A model generated the notes under the pieces. The model did no database searches. It had not been told where the DNA came from and was given only the letters and a program-made list of their open reading frames with translations. A stretch of 64,000 nt of DNA, taken from contig JALOTZ010000006.1 of assembly GCA_025457615.1 (NCBI GenBank), positions 63,866 through 127,865 of the forward strand, given 5' to 3'. The translations under genes were made by a program, and so were the position numbers. This document shows positions 36,403-44,307 of this stretch, one piece after another. This stretch comes from Verrucomicrobiota bacterium (GTDB lineage: Bacteria; Verrucomicrobiota; Verrucomicrobiia; Limisphaerales; DSYF01). Position 1 is the first letter of the stretch. Every line of letters begins with the position of its first letter.

Positions 36403-38562
36403 ATGGCTCGAGCGGAACAACCTTTGGGACCGGAACATTTCATCAACCGCGAGTTGAGCTGGCTGGAGTTCAACCAGCGGGTGCTGGACGAGGCAATCCA
36501 CCCGGAAACCCCGCTGCTGGAGCGGCTCAAATTCTTCTGCATCACCAGCTCCAACCTGGATGAATTCTTTGAGGTCCGGGTGGCGGGCGTCAAACAGCAG
36601 ATCGAGAGTGAGGTGGTCGAGCGCAGCGTGGACGGACTGACCGCCACCGAGGCATTCCGGGCGATGGCCCGCCGGGTGCGGCAGATGGTGGACCTTCAAT
36701 ACACCCTCTGGCGGACGCAACTGGCGCCCGCACTGGCCCGCAACGGCATCCGCATTCTCAAGGTCAACCATCTCAAGGGTCCGGACCGGCAGTGGGTGGA
36801 CAACTATTACCAGTCGGAAGTGCTGCCGGTGCTGACCCCGCTGGCGATCGACCCCGCTCATCCCTTTCCCCAGCTCCTCAACAAATCGCTCAACATCATC
36901 CTGCAACTGGAGAAGAAGGAGGGCAAAAAGGTCCTGCGCTACCAGGCCGTGGTGCAGGTGCCGCGGAACCTGCCCCGATTGATCCAACTGCCCCGGGAGA
37001 ATGGACGGATGGACTTCGTGCTGCTCGGCGATTTGATCGGGTCGCGCCTCGAGGATCTGTTCGTGGGCACCACGATCCGCGGACACTGGCTGTTCCGGGT
37101 CACCCGCAACAGCGAGTTGTATGTGGACGAGGAGGATTCCGCCAACCTGCTCAAGGCGGTGGAAACCGAGCTTCACAACCGGCGCAAGGGCGAGGCGGTG
37201 CGGCTCGAGGTGGAAAAGGGCTGTCCGCACGTCGTCCTGGGCGCCCTGCGCAACACGCTGCGGCTGGCCGAGGATGATGTCTATGTCATCGACGGCCCCC
37301 TGGCTCCCCAGGGACTCATGAAGGCCTATCAGGGCGACCATTCGCCCGAGTTGCGCGACGCTCCGTTCGTGGCGCCGGTGGCCCCGGCCCTCGAGCACCG
37401 CGATGACCTGTTCGCCGCCATCCGCGAGCGGGACATCCTGCTGCATCACCCCTACGAAAGCTTCAACAGCGTCGTGGGGTTCCTCGAACAAGCCGCCGCC
37501 GACCCCCGGGTCCTGGCCATCAAGCAAACCCTCTATCGCACCGGCGGCGACCTCCGCATCATCGGCGCCCTGATGAACGCGGTGAAAAAGGGCAAGCAGG
37601 TCACGGCGGTGGTCGAGTTGCGCGCGCGGTTCGACGAGGCCAACAACATCCAGTGGGCCCGGCACCTCGAGGAGAACGGCGTGCACGTGGTCTATGGCCT
37701 GGTCGGCTACAAGATCCACGCCAAGGCCAGCCTCGTGGTCCGCCGGGACGACGACGGCATCCGCCGCTACGTCCATCTGGGCACCGGCAATTACAATCCC
37801 AGCACCGCGCGGCTCTACACCGACCTGGGCCTGCTGACCTGCAAATCCGAGTTCGGCGAGGACGTGACCAACCTGTTCAACCTGCTCACCGGCATCTGCC
37901 AGTACCAGGGATCCCACAAACTCCTGGTGGCGCCCTTCGACCTGCAGAAGCGCATCCTCGAGCACATCGAGCGGGAAATCGCCCATGCCCGGCAGGGGCT
38001 GCCGTCCCGGATCATGGCCAAGCTCAACTCCCTCGTGGACCCGGTGGTGATCGCCGCGCTCTATCGCGCCTCGCAGGCCGGAGTCCGCATCGACCTCATC
38101 GTGCGCGGGACGTGCTGCCTGCGGCCCGGATGGCCCGGGGTGAGCGAGAACATTACCGTGCGCAGCATTGTGGACCGTTTCCTGGAACACCCGCGCATCT
38201 TTTACTTCGAGAACGCCGCCCGGCCGCAGGTGTACTTGAGCAGTGCTGACTGGATGCCGCGCAACTTCTACCGCCGCATCGAGACGGCGTTCCCCATCGA
38301 GGACGGGGTCCTGCGTGAGCGCGTCATCAACGAGATCCTGGCGATCAGCTTTTCCGACAACGTCAAGGCGCGGCGCCTGAAGCCCGACGGCCTCTATCAT
38401 CTCCCGAAACCCGGTCCCGGGGAAGCAGCCCGGCGCAGCCAGTCCGAGTTCATGGCGCTGGCCTTGGAAAGAAGCGCGGACCGCAAACGGAAGGTGCCGA
38501 CCGAACCGGCCTTGAAGCGACTCCAGGTGCTGACCCAGCCGCCCCTGACGGGAGTCAAGTAA
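36403..38562 (+). CDS. ppk: Polyphosphate kinase 1
   Basis: FINRELSWLEFNQRVLDEA N-terminus. HAKASLVVRRD and the overall block order match PPK1. Alternative start 36385. Confidence 0.9.
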   Translation: MARAEQPLGPEHFINRELSWLEFNQRVLDEAIHPETPLLERLKFFCITSSNLDEFFEVRVAGVKQQIESEVVERSVDGLTATEAFRAMARRVRQMVDLQYTLWRTQLAPALARNGIRILKVNHLKGPDRQWVDNYYQSEVLPVLTPLAIDPAHPFPQLLNKSLNIILQLEKKEGKKVLRYQAVVQVPRNLPRLIQLPRENGRMDFVLLGDLIGSRLEDLFVGTTIRGHWLFRVTRNSELYVDEEDSANLLKAVETELHNRRKGEAVRLEVEKGCPHVVLGALRNTLRLAEDDVYVIDGPLAPQGLMKAYQGDHSPELRDAPFVAPVAPALEHRDDLFAAIRERDILLHHPYESFNSVVGFLEQAAADPRVLAIKQTLYRTGGDLRIIGALMNAVKKGKQVTAVVELRARFDEANNIQWARHLEENGVHVVYGLVGYKIHAKASLVVRRDDDGIRRYVHLGTGNYNPSTARLYTDLGLLTCKSEFGEDVTNLFNLLTGICQYQGSHKLLVAPFDLQKRILEHIEREIAHARQGLPSRIMAKLNSLVDPVVIAALYRASQAGVRIDLIVRGTCCLRPGWPGVSENITVRSIVDRFLEHPRIFYFENAARPQVYLSSADWMPRNFYRRIETAFPIEDGVLRERVINEILAISFSDNVKARRLKPDGLYHLPKPGPGEAARRSQSEFMALALERSADRKRKVPTEPALKRLQVLTQPPLTGVK

Positions 38563-38584
38563 CCTGACCACCCCGGGGTTCCTT

Positions 38585-38747
38585 GGGTGCATCTGGGCAC
38601 TGCCCCCGGAGCGCGGCCTTCAGGCCCGCTTCAACGTCCGAAGGGCACGCGATGAAACGCTCGTTCGGCGGGCTGGCGAATGCTGAAGCGGCATGAATGG
38701 CGCGCCCCGGCCAGAATTGCGTTCGAGGGCAGTATCAAGATGTACCC
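38585..38747 (+). mobile_element. MITE-like element, copy B (163 bp)
   Basis: Ends GGGTGCATCTGGGCACTGCC ... GGCAGTATCAAGATGTACCC. Flanked by a perfect 8-bp direct repeat GGTTCCTT (38577-38584 and 38748-38755). Lies 22 nt after the ppk stop. Confidence 0.75.
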
Positions 38748-38780
38748 GGTTCCTTCGCACCACCCCGGACCGACCATCCC

Positions 38781-39290
38781 TTACACCTTCGCCAGGCGGG
38801 TCAGCAGCCGCGGCGGCAGCAATAGTTCGAGTGAGGCGCAGCGCCCCGCCACCAGATCACCGGTTTCAAGAACGCACAGCCCCGCTTTCTTGAGCGTCAC
38901 TGCCGCGTCCGGCCGGCCGCAGACCAGCAACGATGCGAACCGGCTCAAATGCGGTTCGTGCCCGACCAGCAACACCCGCGCATCGTTCCGGCCCAGACGC
39001 TTCAACTCCTCCACCAACCGGCCCGGCTGGCTGCCGGGCGCCAACGCCTGACACAACCGCAGCTTCTGCGGGATGCCCAGCACCTCCACCACGATGTCCG
39101 CCGTCTGCTTGGCCCGCACATGCGGACTGGTGAGCACCGCGTCAAACTTGAGCTTCATCGCCGCCAAAGCCTTGGCCACCTTGCGCGTCCGCTTGAGCCC
39201 CTCGGGCGTCAGAGCACGATGACTGTCATCCCCGACCGGTTGGGCCTCGCGCTCAACCGCGATTCCGTGCCGTAGAAGGTACAGTTCCAT
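38781..39290 (-). CDS. sixA: Phosphohistidine phosphatase SixA
   Basis: MELYLLRHGIA (RHG motif), LTSPHVRAKQTA, VLLVGHEPHLS. Start is M75 of track ORF 38781..39512. Confidence 0.8.
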   Translation of the reverse strand: MELYLLRHGIAVEREAQPVGDDSHRALTPEGLKRTRKVAKALAAMKLKFDAVLTSPHVRAKQTADIVVEVLGIPQKLRLCQALAPGSQPGRLVEELKRLGRNDARVLLVGHEPHLSRFASLLVCGRPDAAVTLKKAGLCVLETGDLVAGRCASLELLLPPRLLTRLAKV

Positions 39291-39537
39291 GGGCGCAAAT
39301 TGGACCGACCCCGCCCGAACGTCCAGCCTCTGGTCCAAGACTTGCCGATTGGTTGGGAATAACGGCGGCGGCACAGCGCAGCCCTGCCGGGGACGCTGAC
39401 GCGTTGCCCGGGGTGCCCCGGGAGTTCCGACAGGTTGTGGAGTGCGGTCACGGAGCGCAGCGTAGTTACCGCTTTCAGGGCGTCCGGGGCTCCAACGCCC
39501 AGGCCACGGCACAGTGCAGCGCAGCCGCCGACGCGCG

Positions 39538-41073
39538 TCAGGCCCGGCCCTGGGCGGCGAAATGCTCCGCCAGGGCGATGGCTTGGATCATCGCCTTGGA
39601 CTTGTTGACCGTTTCCTGGAACTCGGCCTCGGGATCCGAGTCGGCCACCCAGCCGCCACCGGCCTGCACACAGGCCCGACCGTCCTTCAACAGGGCGGTG
39701 CGAATGGTGATGCAACAGTCCAGATTCCCATTGAACCCGAAGTAGCCGACGCACCCGCCATAGGGACCGCGGGCGGTCTGTTCCAGCTCCGAGATGATCT
39801 GCATGGCGCGGATCTTGGGCGCCCCGCTCAGGGTGCCGGCCGGGAACGTGGCCCGCATCAGATCGTAAGGATTGTGCTCCGCGGACAACCGCCCCTCCAC
39901 CTGGGACACGATGTGCATCACGTGGCTGTAGCGCTCGATGATCATCAGGTCCTTGACCTGCACCGTGCCAAAGTCGCACACCCGCCCGATGTCGTTCCGG
40001 GCCAGGTCCACCAACATGACGTGCTCGGCCCGTTCCTTGGGATCCGCCAACAGTTCCTGTTCCAGCGCGCGGTCCTCCGCTTCCGTGGCACCGCGCTTGC
40101 GCGTCCCGGCGATCGGACGAATCTCCACACGCCGGTTCTCGCACCGCACATGGATCTCAGGCGAGGCACCCACCAGGGAAAAGCCGTCGAGCTCGAGCAA
40201 GAACATGTAGGGCGAGGGATTGATGGTGCGGGCCGCGCGATACACGTCGAGCGCACTCGCGGTCACGGGGGCGGAGAACCGCTGGGATCCGACCACCTGG
40301 ATGATGTGCCCGGCGCCGATGTATTCCTTGGCCTTGACCACGTTGGCCAGCAGCCGTTCCTTGGGCAGGTTGGACTCGAACCGGATCGGCGGCACGACAG
40401 CCGGAACGCCGGCGGGAGCGTAGGCGGCCGGCTGCGCGAGCAAAGCCAGGATGCGCTCGACTTCCTCACACGCCTCCTCGTAGGCCTGTTCAACCGGGGT
40501 GGATCCGTCCAGAAACGCGTTCACCAACACGGTGATGGTCTGCTCGACGCGGTCGAACACCAGCACCTGGTCGGCAATGATGAAGTAGATCACGGGCGTG
40601 CCGAGGTCGTCGCCCGGCGGACGCGGCACCACCGGCTCGATATCGTGGATGAATTCATAGCCGATGAATCCGACGGCTCCTCCGGTGAAGACCGGCAGGC
40701 CCGGCAGCGAGACCGGCCGATAGCGGCTCATGACCTTCCGCACCACCTCCAACCCGTCACGCACACAGGGTTCGCACCCCGGTTCCGGCTCGCGGCAAAC
40801 CCGAAACGTCCCGGTCACCGTCCCGTCCTCGGCTACCTCGACCCGGTCCCCGGTCTGCCGGATGGTGACCCGCGGATTGCACCCGACGAAGGAGTAGCGA
40901 CCGAGGCGTTCGCCGCCCTCGACGGATTCGAGCAGGAAGGATTCGCCTTCGCCACGGATCTTGCGGTAGGCGGACAGAGGAGTTTCGAAATCAGCCAGGA
41001 TGCGGCGTGAGACCGGCACCAGGTTGCCTTGCGCGGCCAGTTTCAAGAATTCATCAAGTGATGGAGAATACAT
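39538..41073 (-). CDS. trpE: Anthranilate synthase component I
   Basis: N-terminus LVPVSRRILADFETPLSAYRK...SFLLESVEGGERLGRYSFVG. Chorismate-binding C-terminal blocks GAPKIRAMQIISELE, RGPYGGCVGYF, IRTALL. Confidence 0.9.
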   Translation of the reverse strand: MYSPSLDEFLKLAAQGNLVPVSRRILADFETPLSAYRKIRGEGESFLLESVEGGERLGRYSFVGCNPRVTIRQTGDRVEVAEDGTVTGTFRVCREPEPGCEPCVRDGLEVVRKVMSRYRPVSLPGLPVFTGGAVGFIGYEFIHDIEPVVPRPPGDDLGTPVIYFIIADQVLVFDRVEQTITVLVNAFLDGSTPVEQAYEEACEEVERILALLAQPAAYAPAGVPAVVPPIRFESNLPKERLLANVVKAKEYIGAGHIIQVVGSQRFSAPVTASALDVYRAARTINPSPYMFLLELDGFSLVGASPEIHVRCENRRVEIRPIAGTRKRGATEAEDRALEQELLADPKERAEHVMLVDLARNDIGRVCDFGTVQVKDLMIIERYSHVMHIVSQVEGRLSAEHNPYDLMRATFPAGTLSGAPKIRAMQIISELEQTARGPYGGCVGYFGFNGNLDCCITIRTALLKDGRACVQAGGGWVADSDPEAEFQETVNKSKAMIQAIALAEHFAAQGRA

Positions 41074-41156
41074 AGGGCAATCACGTCCCGTTCAGCCCGC
41101 CATCGGGCCGTGGCCAGACGTTAGAGGCGAAGGGGCGCGTGATCAATCATCCGCTT

Positions 41157-41693
41157 TCAAGCCGCCCGGATTCGCTGGACCCGCCGCAACCTCCAGGCCG
41201 AAATGGCGGAGTAAACCAACACCGCCACCGCGTAGCCCACCATGCCGAAACCGATCCCGGTGGACACCAGGCGCCCGTCGGCAAACAGCACCAACCCCAG
41301 TCCCACCGCACCCCACAAGGCCGTCTTGCTCAGCAGGCAGAAGACGTAGAGCGAGGGCCGGACGCTCAGGTGCTGGCGCGAAATCCACGCCCGATAACTG
41401 TCCTCTCCCATCGTGTGCATCAGCCAGGCGGCATCGAAATTGTGCGCCGCCACCAGCACACTGGTGGTGGCAATGATCAAGGCGGGGAGCGGAAACAGGG
41501 CGAACGTGAAACACAACGCCAGGTTCACCACCGCGCCCCATTTCCAACCCAGCTTGCGCGCGATCGGATTGCCCTCCAACACCATGTGCGGTGTCGCAAT
41601 CCATGTGCTCAGGAAATCCAGCCCGCGCGTGAACAACAGCAGCGCCAGGTACAGGAGGTAACCCTGACTCAGAAACGGAAGGGTCTCGTCCAT
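41157..41693 (-). CDS. Small multi-pass membrane protein (DUF5658-like?), function unknown
   Basis: 178 aa with 4-5 hydrophobic segments. The EGNPIARK motif resembles DUF5658. Co-oriented between hisI and trpE. Confidence 0.5.
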   Translation of the reverse strand: MDETLPFLSQGYLLYLALLLFTRGLDFLSTWIATPHMVLEGNPIARKLGWKWGAVVNLALCFTFALFPLPALIIATTSVLVAAHNFDAAWLMHTMGEDSYRAWISRQHLSVRPSLYVFCLLSKTALWGAVGLGLVLFADGRLVSTGIGFGMVGYAVAVLVYSAISAWRLRRVQRIRAA

Positions 41694-41727
41694 GAGGCGC
41701 GCGGGGGAGCGGGGCGCGGCCAGGCGC

Positions 41728-42117
41728 CTACGCCTTGCCGTAAATCTGCTCGGGAGTCTGGAGTTGAGGCTCGGTGACCTTGAAGGTCTCCCCCCGCCCT
41801 TCCATCGACCGGAAGAAGCAGCTCCGGTAACCCTCGTGACAGGCCGCGCCGACCTGCTCCACCTGGATCAACAGCGTATCCCCGTCGCAATCAAAGGCGA
41901 TGTCCTTGACCACCTGCACGTGCCCGCTGGACTCCCCCTTCATCCAGAACTTCTGACGCGACCGGCTCCAGAAATGCGTCTTGCCGGTCTCGAGGGTCTT
42001 GTCCAGCGAGGCCCGGTTCATCCAGGCCATCATCAACACCCGGCCCGTGGACTGCTCCTGCACGATGGCTGGAATCAGCCCGTCCGCCGTGAACTTGAGT
42101 TTGTCGAAAGCGCTCAT
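41728..42117 (-). CDS. hisI: Phosphoribosyl-AMP cyclohydrolase
   Basis: [58 protein letters not shown]. Confidence 0.9.
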   Translation of the reverse strand: MSAFDKLKFTADGLIPAIVQEQSTGRVLMMAWMNRASLDKTLETGKTHFWSRSRQKFWMKGESSGHVQVVKDIAFDCDGDTLLIQVEQVGAACHEGYRSCFFRSMEGRGETFKVTEPQLQTPEQIYGKA

Positions 42118-42276
42118 CGCCCGGCGAGTCTAGGCCCAAAGCCCGGGATGGCAAGAAAGGGCATGCGGCGACAGTCAGTTCTCCCCATGAACTTGAACGA
42201 GTTCGTGGAAAGCAGGGCTGCGCGGCAACCCGCGTTGGCCGCGACTGGACAGGGCACGGCTCCAGGGCGGCGCGTG

Positions 42277-43305
42277 CTACACGCCCGCCAAAATGGAGTC
42301 GTAAAAGCCGCCGATGTCGCCCTTTTCCGGCAGCGCCTTGAACTTGATGGCGGCGCGGGGATGCTGGTTGTAAAGGCCGGTGAGCATGTAGGGGAGGTCA
42401 AATCCCCATTGCAGATCCTTGCGCATCGGCTCGATCACGTTGTCCACACACCGCAACACCGGCTGCAGCTTGTACTTGGGGTTGCGCAGGAAACCCAGGA
42501 GCAGTTCCATGGGACAGTTGCCGGCTCCCCGCCCCAGCCCCGCCAGGGTGGCATCCAGGTAGTTGGCCCCCAGGATGATGGCTTCGACGGTGTTGGCGTA
42601 GGCCAGTTGCAGGTTGTTGTGCGCGTGCATCCCCACCTCCATCCCACCGGCTTTCGCGTAGTGCAGATACTTCCTCACCAAGTGCTGGACCTGCTCGCTG
42701 TACAACGCACCGAAACTGTCCACCACGTAGATGGCGTCCGCGCCGGACTGGGTGAGCATCTCGAGCCCCTCGTTCAACTCGCGGTCGTTGACCGTGGTGA
42801 CGGCCATCAGATTGACCGTGGTCTCGTAGCCCTTGTCCCGCGCGTCCTTGACCATGTCAAGCGCGACGGGGATCTGGTTGATGTAACAGGCGACCCGGAT
42901 CAGGTCCACCACGCTGTCCTTCTTCTTCGGGATGTCCTCCTTGTAATCGCAGCGCTCCGCGTCGGCCATGATCGAGAGCTTCAGGTTGGACGGATTGTCC
43001 CCGACGATGCGCCGGATGTCCTCCTCGTGGCAGTATTTCCAGCAGCCGAACTCGCCGACCTTGATGTTCTTGCTCGAGGCGCGGTAGCCGATCTCCATGT
43101 AATCGATGCCCCCCGCCACGCAGGCGTCGTACACCGCCTTGACCACCCGGTCCTCGAAGTGATGGTTGTTCATCAATCCGCCATCGCGAATGGTGCAATC
43201 CAACACGCGGATCTCGGGGCGGTAGGAGAGCCATCGTTCGGTGGCGGACTCCTTCTCCTTGGACTTGGGATGCGCTGAAGCCGGGGCACTGCTCTTGGAT
43301 TTCAT
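42277..43305 (-). CDS. HMGL-like / pyruvate carboxyltransferase-domain aldolase family protein
   Basis: DCTIRDGG at the N-terminus, VDSFGALY, and GMHAHNNLQLAYANT (DRE-TIM metallolyase blocks). Start at M8 (43305). Confidence 0.7.
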   Translation of the reverse strand: MKSKSSAPASAHPKSKEKESATERWLSYRPEIRVLDCTIRDGGLMNNHHFEDRVVKAVYDACVAGGIDYMEIGYRASSKNIKVGEFGCWKYCHEEDIRRIVGDNPSNLKLSIMADAERCDYKEDIPKKKDSVVDLIRVACYINQIPVALDMVKDARDKGYETTVNLMAVTTVNDRELNEGLEMLTQSGADAIYVVDSFGALYSEQVQHLVRKYLHYAKAGGMEVGMHAHNNLQLAYANTVEAIILGANYLDATLAGLGRGAGNCPMELLLGFLRNPKYKLQPVLRCVDNVIEPMRKDLQWGFDLPYMLTGLYNQHPRAAIKFKALPEKGDIGGFYDSILAGV

Positions 43306-43799
43306 AGGCGGACAGCAGACCACCAAACCGCCTGCAAATCAATGCTCAAGACGAGCGCGGACGGGCCGGGCGGCAACGGGTGTGATTGAAAGTGGGTGAG
43401 GGGAATGGGTGGAAAAGAAGCAGAAGCCCCAAGGGATGGAAGTCACCCTTCCAGCCCAAGCGCTCTTGGAGTGCGGTGGGAAGGGAGGGACGATCGCCTG
43501 CCCGCCCTAGCCCTTCTGGCGACGGCGGGCCACGCCGCTTGTTCGACGGCACTGGGGGCGAGCGAACACTCCACAGCCCTTCGAAAAGCGCCGTCGCCGC
43601 TGTCCACCCTCCGCCGCAGCCCTGCTACGGAGGACGGGTGCTCTGCCGGCGCAGTCCACCAAAGCACACCACCCCCCGCCAGTGGATCTCACCCACTCTT
43701 AAGCACACCTGGCGGCAACACCGGTGCGCTCAAACACATCTCGCACCAGACCCTGTTCATCCATTACGGCGAACTCCGGCGCAGCACGGCACCCCCACA

Positions 43800-43830
43800 T
43801 AAAAAAAGCCGGACCCATGACAGGTCCGGC
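43800..43830 (-). terminator. Rho-independent terminator of the small lipoprotein gene
   Basis: GCCGGACC / GGTCCGGC 8-bp stem, 7-nt loop, followed on the minus strand by TTTTTTT (43801-43807). Lies ~40 nt after the stop at 43873. Confidence 0.8.
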
Positions 43831-43872
43831 CTGATTCAATTTCGCTCGTCTGTTCCTAAGCCCCAACAAAAA

Positions 43873-44001
43873 CTAGGGAGCCTTGGGAGCGTCCGGGGCC
43901 TCAGGGGTCGCTGGCGGTGTCGGTTCCTGCTTCTTCTCGCATCCGGTAAACAACACCACCGACGCCAGAGCCACCATGATCGTTGCAATGAATGTCTTCA
44001 T
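43873..44001 (-). CDS. Small putative lipoprotein (42 aa), absent from the ORF track
   Basis: MKTFIATIMVALASVVLFTGCEKKQEPTPPATPEAPDAPKAP: signal peptide with a lipobox-like LFTG|C, Pro-rich tail, and a dedicated terminator downstream. Confidence 0.6.
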   Translation of the reverse strand: MKTFIATIMVALASVVLFTGCEKKQEPTPPATPEAPDAPKAP

Positions 44002-44039
44002 AACGGGCTTACGCTCGCGTGAATTCGAACCGAAAGCAA

Positions 44040-44054
44040 GGTGCAATTTGCACC
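44040..44054. promoter_or_regulatory. Perfect 15-bp palindrome GGTGCAATTTGCACC in the lipoprotein/lnt divergent region
   Basis: Read directly from the sequence. Lies 39 nt upstream of the small lipoprotein start and abuts MITE copy C. Confidence 0.3.
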
Positions 44055-44072
44055 AAGGTTGCCCGGCACCCG

Positions 44073-44243
44073 GGGGTGCATCTGGACACTGCCCCGGGGC
44101 GCGGCTCTTCAGGCCGCTTCAACGTCCGAAAGGGCACGCGATGAAACGCTTGTTCCTCGGGCTTGCGAAGGCTGAAGCGGCATGAATGCCGCGCCCCCGT
44201 CAGAAGCCAGAATTGCGTTCAAGGGCAGTGTCAAGACGCACCC
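44073..44243 (+). mobile_element. MITE-like element, copy C (171 bp)
   Basis: Ends GGGGTGCATCTGGACACTGCC ... GGCAGTGTCAAGACGCACCC. Flanked by GCACCCG (44066-44072 and 44244-44250). Carries a 7-nt internal insertion relative to copies A and B. Confidence 0.7.
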
Positions 44244-44307
44244 GCACCCGTCCGCATCCACAGCCGTTCTTGCCACGGGGGCATCCCGTCGCCCAAGCTG
44301 GCGTCCC

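Noticed and set aside
44018-44032. tRNA-like T-loop string: the minus strand reads GGTTCGAATTC.
   Set aside because: There is no complementary T-stem, acceptor stem or anticodon arm around it. It lies in the promoter region of the small lipoprotein gene.
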